Shown here one piece after another: positions 56,748 to 64,000 of a stretch of DNA of 64,000 bases; the stretch's first letter is position 1, and each line of letters begins with the position of its first letter. The stretch is taken from NCBI GenBank assembly GCA_021816955.1, contig JAKAWP010000001.1:10290-74289 (forward strand). The letters run 5' to 3'. Origin of the DNA: Thermoplasmata archaeon. Its GTDB lineage: Archaea; Thermoplasmatota; Thermoplasmata; Lutacidiplasmatales; UBA184. The translations under genes and the position numbers were made by a program. The notes under the pieces are model-generated. The model had not been told where the DNA came from and did not search any database. It saw only the letters and a program-made list of their open reading frames with translations.

Positions 56748-58256
56748 CTAGCCCGCGCGGGGCGGGTGCGGGAAGACGAACGCCGGCCGGAGCCGCGCGG
56801 CGAGCCGGGCGCGGGCGAGCCGCTCCTGCGAGCGATCGTCGCGGAGACGAACGGTCACCGTGCCCTGCGCGGGGCCCGGCTCGATCGTCTCCCGGTCGAC
56901 GGTGACGGCGAACGGGATCCCGGCCTCGTCGACCCGCGCATAGCGGCGGCCGACGTTGCCGGCGTCGTCGTACTCGACGGCCCATCCTTCGCCGCGCAGC
57001 TCCTCCGCGATCGTTCGGGCGACCGGACCGTGCTCCTTCTTGAGCAGCGGAAAGACGGCGACTTGGAGGGGGGCGAGGTACGGCGGGAGCTTCCAGACGG
57101 TCCGCTCCCCGTCCCGGACGAGGTGGAGGTCGGCGAGCGCCCAGAGGTTGCGGTCGACGCCGAACGTGAGCTCGAGGACGTGGGGAACGATCCGACGGCC
57201 GTCCCCGGTCGTCACCGCGAGGTCGCGCCCGCTCCCAGCGCTGTGCCGGGAGAGGTCGTAGTCGCCCCGATAATGCACGGCCCCGACCTCCCGGAACCCT
57301 CCGAGGCTGTCGAGGTTCACCTCGACGTCGAACTGGAGCCGGTTGTAGAACGCCCGCTCCGTCTCCGACTTTTCGAACAGTCGCAGCCGGCCCGCCGGGT
57401 AGCCGAGCACGTCGCGGTAGAACCGGTGGGCCATCGCGAGGTGGTAGGCGAAGAACTCTGGCACGTTCTCCTCGCGCACGAGCGCCTCGACGGTCGTCGG
57501 GTGGATCGATTCGTCGCCGGCGGCCCGCCGCCGGGCCAGGACGAGCGGAAGCGCGTCGTGGCGGACGACGTCGATCGGCACCGTCCAACGCTCCGGGTCG
57601 AAGAAGATCTGGAGCTCGGCTTGGGTGAACGCCCGCAGGCGGTAGAGGATCTGGCGCGGCGCGATCTCGTTGCGGAACGCCTTGCCCACGACTGCGATTC
57701 CGAGCGGGAGCGCCTTGCGTCCGACCTCCCACATCCGCGCGAACGCGAGGTAGCTGTTCTGGGCCGTTTCCGGGCGCAAGTACGCCCGGTCCCCGGCAGC
57801 GGCGCCGAACTCGAGCCCGAACATCAGGTTGAACGGGCGGGGCACGCGAAGGCGCTCGGCGCCGCACGCCGGACAGCGCGGCGCGAACCGCCGCACGAGG
57901 TCGGCGATCGCCTCGGACGACAGGCCGTCGACCCCTTCGGGCCGCGCGGACTCGAGGATCGTGTCGGCCCGATACGCCCGGTGGCAGCCGTCGCAGACGA
58001 CCTCGGGATCGGTGAAGTTCTCGAGATGGCCGGACGCGCGGACGACCGCTTCGGGGAGCAGCTCGGCCGGGTCGATCTCGTAGTAATCGTCGGACAGCCC
58101 CAAGAACCATGCCCGCCAGGCGTCTTCGATCCGGCGCTTGAGCGCCGCCCCGAGCGGCCCGTAGTCGTAGAGGCCTTGGGCCCCCCCGTAGATCTCGCTC
58201 GACGGCCAGAGGACCCCGCGACGGCGAAGGAGCGCGTACAGTTCGTCGGAGTTCAT
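56748..58256 (-). CDS. glyS: Glycyl-tRNA synthetase (homodimeric class II)
   Basis: EIYGG..G.YDYGPLG, ASGH..NF.D, FNLMF, LRPETAQ, GKAFRNEI.PR, DYDL..H, PHVLE..FGVDR. Confidence 0.96.
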   Translation of the reverse strand: MNSDELYALLRRRGVLWPSSEIYGGAQGLYDYGPLGAALKRRIEDAWRAWFLGLSDDYYEIDPAELLPEAVVRASGHLENFTDPEVVCDGCHRAYRADTILESARPEGVDGLSSEAIADLVRRFAPRCPACGAERLRVPRPFNLMFGLEFGAAAGDRAYLRPETAQNSYLAFARMWEVGRKALPLGIAVVGKAFRNEIAPRQILYRLRAFTQAELQIFFDPERWTVPIDVVRHDALPLVLARRRAAGDESIHPTTVEALVREENVPEFFAYHLAMAHRFYRDVLGYPAGRLRLFEKSETERAFYNRLQFDVEVNLDSLGGFREVGAVHYRGDYDLSRHSAGSGRDLAVTTGDGRRIVPHVLELTFGVDRNLWALADLHLVRDGERTVWKLPPYLAPLQVAVFPLLKKEHGPVARTIAEELRGEGWAVEYDDAGNVGRRYARVDEAGIPFAVTVDRETIEPGPAQGTVTVRLRDDRSQERLARARLAARLRPAFVFPHPPRAG

Positions 58257-59344
58257 CGGCCGTCCCTCCCGGCCACCCACGAGCCGGTCCTTATCACGGC
58301 CGCGCCGCTCCCCCGGCTCACCAGTTGGTACGGCGGATCGTCCGGCGGGAGCCTCAGCGCGAGCGGGTGGGTCGACCCGCCGACCTCGATCCGCGCCTCG
58401 GAAGGAGTGCCGAGGAGGCGCCACGGCTCGACGAACGCGGCGCGGGCCAAGTACGACGCCGAGACCGGTCGTCGGGCGAGCCGACTCGCCAAGTAGGCAA
58501 ACTCGAGCTCCTGCCAGACGGTCGGCGGACGGAGCATGCCGTTGTCCGTCCCGAGGACGAGCCGAACGCCGAGCCGCTCCATCGTGGCGAGGTCCGGCCG
58601 ACGACCGAACAGCGCGTTCGACCGGGGACAGACCGCGACCACAACTCCGTCATCCCGCACTTGCTCGAGATCTCCCTCGGAAGCGCACGAGAGGTGGACG
58701 ACGAGGTCCGGTCGAGGCGAGAGATAGTCGCGGGGCGATTCGCGCCGCTCCTCGCTCGCGTGGAGCGCGTAGAGCTTCCGCTTCGCCCGGCACGCCCGTG
58801 CGACGGCCGCGCGGGTCTCGGCCGACTCCTCGCGGGCCGAGCTCAACCCGACCCCGTCGCTCTCTGCGAGGAGCGCGTCGAGCTCGGCCCGGTCGATCGG
58901 TCGGCGCAGCGGTCGACCCAGCACGACCGCTCGTACGCCCGCCGCGCGGGCGGCCCCTCGGAGGAGTCGGACGCCGGGGAGTCCTTCTTCGCGGAAGTCG
59001 ATCGTCGCCGCGACCCCGTCCCGCCGCATCCCGCGGAGGGCCCGGGTCATCGCCCGCCGTTTTTCCCCGTCGCTCGTGCGTCGCAGCAGCGTGAACTTGT
59101 AGCCGTCGGGCGGCCGGACGAGCTCCGCCAGCGAGACGGCGGGCGGCTCGCGAACCGACACCGAGTCCGCGAGGTGGGTATGTCCGTTCACGGGGGCGGG
59201 TACGACGATCCCTCGAAGCCGCCGCTCTCGTCCGTGGTCGGACGCCGTCCCCCGTTGACCGACCTCGACGATCCGGCCGTGACGGAGGCGGACGTAGCCC
59301 GGCCGCGAGCCGTCGGCGTCCAAGATCGCCCCGTCCACGATCAT
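58253..59344 (-). CDS. Amidohydrolase-family metalloenzyme
   Basis: VNGHTHLAD, DFREEG, HASE, VH, CPRSN, LGTDN. Confidence 0.88.
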   Translation of the reverse strand: MIVDGAILDADGSRPGYVRLRHGRIVEVGQRGTASDHGRERRLRGIVVPAPVNGHTHLADSVSVREPPAVSLAELVRPPDGYKFTLLRRTSDGEKRRAMTRALRGMRRDGVAATIDFREEGLPGVRLLRGAARAAGVRAVVLGRPLRRPIDRAELDALLAESDGVGLSSAREESAETRAAVARACRAKRKLYALHASEERRESPRDYLSPRPDLVVHLSCASEGDLEQVRDDGVVVAVCPRSNALFGRRPDLATMERLGVRLVLGTDNGMLRPPTVWQELEFAYLASRLARRPVSASYLARAAFVEPWRLLGTPSEARIEVGGSTHPLALRLPPDDPPYQLVSRGSGAAVIRTGSWVAGRDGR

Positions 59345-59430
59345 GTCGGGGGAGCGGAGGGCACCTGTTAGTTAAAGCCCCCGGGCGCCAACGGCATAAG
59401 GGGTCGACCGGCTGCGCGGGCGGTGAGCGG

Positions 59431-60342
59431 ATGGACCGTAAGGGGCGAATGCCGCGGTCGCCGTCGCTATCGCTCGCCGTCGTCGGCCACGTGAACGTCG
59501 ACCGGTTCCTGCGGGTGCCCCGCCCGCTCGCTCGCGACCGAACCGTGCCGGTGATCGCTCGCTTCGAGCGGCTGGGCGGGACGGCCGCGAACATCGCGCT
59601 CGGGGCGGCCCGCCTCGGCGTACCCGTCGGCCTCGCCGGGCGGATCGGCCGCGATTTCCCTCCGCCGTTCCTCGCGGCGCTCCGCCGCTCGGGGATCGAT
59701 CTCGGAGGGCTCGAGCGCGTGCCCGGGCGGGAGACCCCCACCTGCACGATCGTGGAGGATCCTCGCGGAGAGACCTGCGTCCTCATCGAACAGGGCCCCA
59801 TGGACCGGAGCGCCGCGACGGCCCCTGTCCCGCGCGCCTGGCTTCGCCGGTTCGATTGGCTCCACCTCACCACGGGCGAGCCGAAGTGGCTTCTGCGCTG
59901 GGCGGAGGCGGCGCGCGCGCTCGGCGTGCGGGTGAGCGTCGACCCGGCCCAGGAGGTGCACTACCGCTGGTCGGCGGTGGCGCTCCGCCGGCTCCTAGCC
60001 GGAGCGGAGGTGTTGTTCGGCAACGCCCACGAGATCGACCGGGTCGTCTCGCTCCTCGGCCACCGCCGAGTCGAGGCGCTCCTTCGGCACGTCCCGGTCA
60101 TCGTCCGGACCGATGGCGCCCGGGGCGCCGTGGCGTACCACCGAGCGGGAGTTACCACGGCCGCGTCCCGGCCCGCCCGGCGCATCGCGACGACCGTCGG
60201 CGCCGGGGATGCGTTCCGGGCCGGATTCTTCCACCGATGGCTCTCGGGCGCTACGCTCTCCGCGGCGCTCCGGGCGGGCAATCTCGCCGCGTCCCGCTGG
60301 GTTCGGGGGGTCGGGCGGCCGATCGACCGAGCGTACCGATGA
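59431..60342 (+). CDS. PfkB-family carbohydrate/nucleoside kinase
   Basis: GGTAANIA, DPAQE, N..E, T.GAGDAFRAGF. Confidence 0.9.
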   Translation: MDRKGRMPRSPSLSLAVVGHVNVDRFLRVPRPLARDRTVPVIARFERLGGTAANIALGAARLGVPVGLAGRIGRDFPPPFLAALRRSGIDLGGLERVPGRETPTCTIVEDPRGETCVLIEQGPMDRSAATAPVPRAWLRRFDWLHLTTGEPKWLLRWAEAARALGVRVSVDPAQEVHYRWSAVALRRLLAGAEVLFGNAHEIDRVVSLLGHRRVEALLRHVPVIVRTDGARGAVAYHRAGVTTAASRPARRIATTVGAGDAFRAGFFHRWLSGATLSAALRAGNLAASRWVRGVGRPIDRAYR

Positions 60343-61595
60343 AGTTCCGGTTGTTCACCACTCTTCTCTCGCCCGACGACGCGCTAGACCGATCGCTCCG
60401 GGCGACCGAGCCGATTCGCCGAACCGAGACGATATCCGTATCGACCGCGCTCGGCCGCGTGGCGGCCGAACCGGTCCGCGCGCCTCGCCCCGTCCCTCCG
60501 ACGAACCGGGCGACATGGGACGGCTATGCGGTCCGCGCCGCGGACCTGCGGGGCGCCTCGGCCGAACGGCCGGCGGAGCTCCGGCTCGTCGGAAGCGCGT
60601 ACGCGGAGGATCGGCTCGTTCGCCGGTTGCGCCCGGGGCAGACGATCGCGGTCGCCACGGGCGCTCGGATGCCGGCGGGCGCGAACGCGGTCGTGATCGC
60701 CGAGCACGCCCGCGTCGTCGGGTCCCGGGTCCGCATCGCCCGCCCCGTGGCTCCGGGCGATCGGGTCGTGCGAGCGGGGGAGGACTTTCCGCGCGGGACG
60801 CTCCTCGCGGCCCAAGGGGACGTGTTGGGGGCCGCCCAGCTTGGGGCGATCGCCTCCGCCGGACGCGCCGGCCTCACCGTCTACGCCCAGCCCCGGGTCG
60901 CGATCGTCCCGAACGGCAACGAGCTCGTCCCGCCCGGCGTCCGGCCCGCACCGGGCCAGATCGTCGAGTCGAACAACGTCGCGCTCGCGGCGGTCGTCCG
61001 CGCCGCGGGCGGCGTCCCGATCCTCTACCCGCCCGTGCCGGACGATCCGCGGACGATCGAGCGGGTGCTCCGACGTGCGGCCGACCGCGCCGACCTCGTT
61101 CTCGCGACGGGCGGGAGTTCCGTCGGCGAGCACGATTGGCTGCCGACGGTCTTTTCCCGAATCGGCCGGCGGCTCTTCCACGGGATCGCAGTCCGGCCCG
61201 GCAAGCCGACGCTGGCCGCCGTCCGACGGGGGCGGCTGCTGATCGGTCTTCCGGGCCATCCGACGTCCTGCCTCGCGAACTCGTTCTGGCTCGTCACGCC
61301 GGTGCTGCGTCGGCTCGCCCGGTTGCCGGGCCCGGGCTGGTCGGACGGCACCGCGCGCTGGGGAGGGCCGACGGTCGCGCCGACACCGGGGTTCGCGATG
61401 GTGGTGCCGATCCGGCTCGTTCGCGGCCGGGCGTACTCCACGTTCCGGGACTCCTCGGCGATCACGAGCCTCTTCGGCGCGAGCGCCTACGCGCTCCTCC
61501 CCCCGCGTCGCCGCCCCGTCCGACCGGGGGACCGGATCCCGATCCGCCACCTCTGGCCCCCCCTCGGCCCGCCCGTCCCGGTCGCGAATCGTTAA
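60339..61595 (+). CDS. moeA: Molybdopterin molybdenumtransferase
   Basis: ALGRV.A, DGYAV, TGA.MP.GA.AV, GNEL, TGGSSVG..D, PGKP, LPG.P. Confidence 0.92.
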   Translation: MKFRLFTTLLSPDDALDRSLRATEPIRRTETISVSTALGRVAAEPVRAPRPVPPTNRATWDGYAVRAADLRGASAERPAELRLVGSAYAEDRLVRRLRPGQTIAVATGARMPAGANAVVIAEHARVVGSRVRIARPVAPGDRVVRAGEDFPRGTLLAAQGDVLGAAQLGAIASAGRAGLTVYAQPRVAIVPNGNELVPPGVRPAPGQIVESNNVALAAVVRAAGGVPILYPPVPDDPRTIERVLRRAADRADLVLATGGSSVGEHDWLPTVFSRIGRRLFHGIAVRPGKPTLAAVRRGRLLIGLPGHPTSCLANSFWLVTPVLRRLARLPGPGWSDGTARWGGPTVAPTPGFAMVVPIRLVRGRAYSTFRDSSAITSLFGASAYALLPPRRRPVRPGDRIPIRHLWPPLGPPVPVANR

Positions 61596-61619
61596 GGCCG
61601 CGGCCCGGGTGCTTCGGTT

Positions 61620-62543
61620 GTGGCGCCCGCGCGATTGTCGGCCGCGATTCTCGCCATCGAAGGAACCAACTGCGATGCCGAACTCCGAACCGCGCTCACC
61701 GAGGTCGGGACGGCCGCCGAAGTCGTCCACCTGAACCAGCTGACCGGTCGGTCGGTAGAGCCCAGCGAGCGCCGCCGGCTCCTCGACTACGACCTGGCGC
61801 TGATCCCCGGGGGCTTCTCCGCGGGCGACTACGTGCGGGCCGGAGCGATCTTCGCCGCCCGGCTTGCGACGTCGCTCCGGGACGACCTCGAATCGTTCGT
61901 CCGATCGGGTCGGCTGCTCGGCGGCATCTGCAACGGCTTCCAAGTCCTGGTCGAGCTCGGCCTCTTACCCGGACGGCCGGACGGACGGATCGGTTCCCCC
62001 GAAGCCGTCCTCCTCCCGAACGACTCCGGCCGGTTCGAGTGCCGTCCGACGTTCGTCGCGTGGACGGGGGGCCGCTTCGGCCCGTTGAAGGAGTGGCCCG
62101 CCGGCGCGCGGTTCCTCTTTCCGAGCGCGCACGCCGAAGGCAAGCTCGTGTTTGCAGAACCGGCCGAAGAGCGGCGGCGAGACGTCGAAGCGGCGGGGCA
62201 GGTCCTCTTTCGTTGGGTCGCCCCGGACGGCTCCCCCGCCGCCTATCCGTGGAACCCGAACGGGTCGGCCGGCGACATCGCAGGGCTCGTCAGTCCCGCA
62301 GGGAACGTCTTCGGGCTGATGCCGCACCCCGAGCGGGCGTTCTTCGCGCGGCAGATGCCCGAGCCGACCCGTCCCCGGCCGGCCGGTCGGTACGGGGACG
62401 GCTACGGCTTCTTCCGGTCCCTCGTCGACTACGCCCGGGGCGAGATGCGGGCGACGGACGCTTCGGCGAGCTCCGTCGGGGAACCGTCAACCGCCAGACA
62501 GAGAGCCGCTCGCCCTCGAGCGATCGCGTCGCCACCACGGTGA
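61620..62543 (+). CDS. purQ: FGAM synthase glutaminase subunit
   Basis: EGTNCD, PGGFSAGDY.RAG, GICNGFQ, N.SGRFEC, AHAEG, NPNGS, GLMPHPER. Confidence 0.95.
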   Translation: MAPARLSAAILAIEGTNCDAELRTALTEVGTAAEVVHLNQLTGRSVEPSERRRLLDYDLALIPGGFSAGDYVRAGAIFAARLATSLRDDLESFVRSGRLLGGICNGFQVLVELGLLPGRPDGRIGSPEAVLLPNDSGRFECRPTFVAWTGGRFGPLKEWPAGARFLFPSAHAEGKLVFAEPAEERRRDVEAAGQVLFRWVAPDGSPAAYPWNPNGSAGDIAGLVSPAGNVFGLMPHPERAFFARQMPEPTRPRPAGRYGDGYGFFRSLVDYARGEMRATDASASSVGEPSTARQRAARPRAIASPPR

Positions 62544-63090
62544 CCCGCCCGCCCTGCGCGACAAACCGCGCCCGGGCGCGCGCAAGCGCCCGCGGTGCCT
62601 GGACTGACGAGACGACGAGGTACGCCTCCCCGCCGGGCGTGAGGTGGTCGGCGACTTCATGCAAAAACCGCCGCGTCAGCGCGCAGCCGTCCGGGCCGCC
62701 GTTCACCGCCCGGTCGTGCTCGGGGTCCGGATCCGCAGCGCCGGGCGGGACCGGGAGGTACGGTGGGTTGAACAGGATCCGGTCGAACCGACCGAGTCCG
62801 TCGAACAGGTCGGTCCGCACGAGACCGATCGGGAGGCGTTCGCGCCGGGCGAGCCGCGCGAGCCGGAGAAGCGCCGTCCGGTTCACGTCGGTCGCGACGA
62901 CCCGGGCGCCGTGCCGAGCCGCGTCGAGCGCGGCCAAGCCGGCCCCCGTGCCGAGGTCGGCGAGCGCGGCGCCGGCCGCTCCTCGGGCGAACGGCAGGAG
63001 CAGATAGGTGTCTTCGCGAGGCGGGTAGACGTGCGCGTCGTCCGGATCGGGCGCGCTCGTTCCTCGCGGGGCCGGCTCGGGGTCGGTCAT
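62290..63090 (-). CDS. HemK2/PrmC-like methyltransferase
   Basis: VYPPREDTYLL, DLGTGAG, FNPPYLP, GG.DG. Confidence 0.9.
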   Translation of the reverse strand: MTDPEPAPRGTSAPDPDDAHVYPPREDTYLLLPFARGAAGAALADLGTGAGLAALDAARHGARVVATDVNRTALLRLARLARRERLPIGLVRTDLFDGLGRFDRILFNPPYLPVPPGAADPDPEHDRAVNGGPDGCALTRRFLHEVADHLTPGGEAYLVVSSVQAPRALARARARFVAQGGRVTVVATRSLEGERLSVWRLTVPRRSSPKRPSPASRPGRSRRGTGRSRSRPRTDRPAGDGSARASAARRTPARGAASARRRSLRD

Positions 63091-63168
63091 CGGCGGGCGG
63101 GACCGTCCATCGCGCAGAGCTCATATCCGATGGGGGCGTTCTGACGGTGTTTTGGCCGGGATGCATCA

Positions 63169-63726
63169 ATGGCGCGACGGGCAGCGGCTCCGGTGAAGAT
63201 CGCGATTACCGGTCTACCGGGCTCGGGCAAGACCCAAACGCTCCTGCGGATCATCCAGCTGCTCGAGAAGGATGGGCTGACCGTTGGGGGGATGATCACC
63301 GAGCCGATCGTCGAGCGGCACCGGCCGACGGGCTTCCAGATCGTCAACTGGATCACGAAGGAAAAGGCGGTCTTCGCCCACGAAGGGATGCGGACGCGGG
63401 TCCGCTCGGGCCGGTTCGGCATCGACGTCCACGCGCTCGAGGACCTCGGGACCCGCGCGCTCGCCGACGCCCGCGCGGAGGCCGACGTGATCGTCATCGA
63501 CGAGGTCGGCAAGATGGACGTCGAGAGCGAGCTGTTCGGCCAGAGCGTGATCGACACGCTCGACACGAACAAGTCGATCATCATGACGCTTCATAAGAAG
63601 TCCCGCAATCCGCTCCTCCAGGACATCCGACGGAGGGACGAGCTACGGCTGCTCGAGGTGACGCCGGTGAACAAGAACCTCCTCGCGTTCAAGGTCGTCG
63701 GCCTCGTGACCGGCGAGGGCCGCTGA
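63169..63726 (+). CDS. NTPase (THEP1/NTPase_1 family)
   Basis: ITGLPGSGKT, GGMITE, IVIDEVGKM. Confidence 0.92.
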   Translation: MARRAAAPVKIAITGLPGSGKTQTLLRIIQLLEKDGLTVGGMITEPIVERHRPTGFQIVNWITKEKAVFAHEGMRTRVRSGRFGIDVHALEDLGTRALADARAEADVIVIDEVGKMDVESELFGQSVIDTLDTNKSIIMTLHKKSRNPLLQDIRRRDELRLLEVTPVNKNLLAFKVVGLVTGEGR

Positions 63727-64000
63727 CCGTACGGCTCGCCCGCGAGGGGTCGACCCCGCTCTACCTTCCCGTCACCCCTTTCTCCCGCGGACCCGCCGCC
63801 CGGTCGCCGATCTTCTACAACCCCGCGATGGCGTTCGACCGGGACTTGGCGGTCGTCTTCGCCGCCCACGCGGCCCGCCGCTTCCCCGGCGACAGCGCCG
63901 GCTGGGAGATGCTCGCCGCCACCGGCGCGCGCAGCCTACGGATGGCGCACGAAGGGCGCTACCCGGCCCGTTGGCATCTCACCGAGGCCCATCCGGACGC
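63723..64000 (+). CDS. trm1: tRNA (G26-N2) dimethyltransferase Trm1, 5' part (runs off window; apparent CTG start)
   Basis: Hand translation: ...REG...IFYNPAMAFDRDLAV...EMLAATGARSLR. Confidence 0.8.
   Translation, partial: MTVRLAREGSTPLYLPVTPFSRGPAARSPIFYNPAMAFDRDLAVVFAAHAARRFPGDSAGWEMLAATGARSLRMAHEGRYPARWHLTEAHPD

Noticed and set aside
1-64000. Many long overlapping or antisense ORFs in the track (e.g. 30793-33276 -, 38058-40550 -, 60113-63007 +, 56163-58496 +)
   Set aside because: Arg/Pro/Gly-rich shadow frames of real genes, expected at high GC; no motifs and fully overlapped by well-supported CDSs
1-64000. CRISPR arrays, transposases, rRNA, defence islands
   Set aside because: No regularly spaced repeats, no mobile-element motifs and no obvious low-GC island seen by eye

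Overview
Very gene-dense, high-GC archaeal chromosome segment. Archaeal markers include the exosome superoperon, proteasome alpha, Rpo12, eS8, SRP19, aEF-2, PolB and a GPN GTPase. The proteasome alpha N-terminus (MQPGQMAYDRAITVFSPDG) points to Thermoplasmata, probably an uncultured high-GC lineage (inference). Most of the window is housekeeping: translation, RNA and DNA metabolism, purine/pyrimidine and Moco synthesis, archaeal Entner-Doudoroff genes, 2-oxoacid:Fd oxidoreductase and tRNA-Pro(GGG). The standout is a ~12 kb respiratory locus (2.4-14.4 kb) with no cytochrome c. It encodes two membrane-anchored blue-copper proteins (one a tandem with a degenerate first Cu site), a CuA subunit II split into two overlapping ORFs, an AbrB-PhoU regulator, tatA/tatC/tatB-like genes, Rieske plus cytochrome b, a pair of unknown, apparently paralogous membrane proteins, an A1-type oxidase subunit I, and heme A and heme O synthases. 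Its promoters share a GTAC-centred motif at nearly fixed spacing from the TATA-like box. Other oddities: an EF-2 with co-substituted GTPase motifs (AHIHHGK / RLLT), a tRNA with A53-U61, and a trm1 that apparently starts at CTG. I saw no mobile element, CRISPR array or rRNA. All calls come from motif recognition by eye; no database searches were run.
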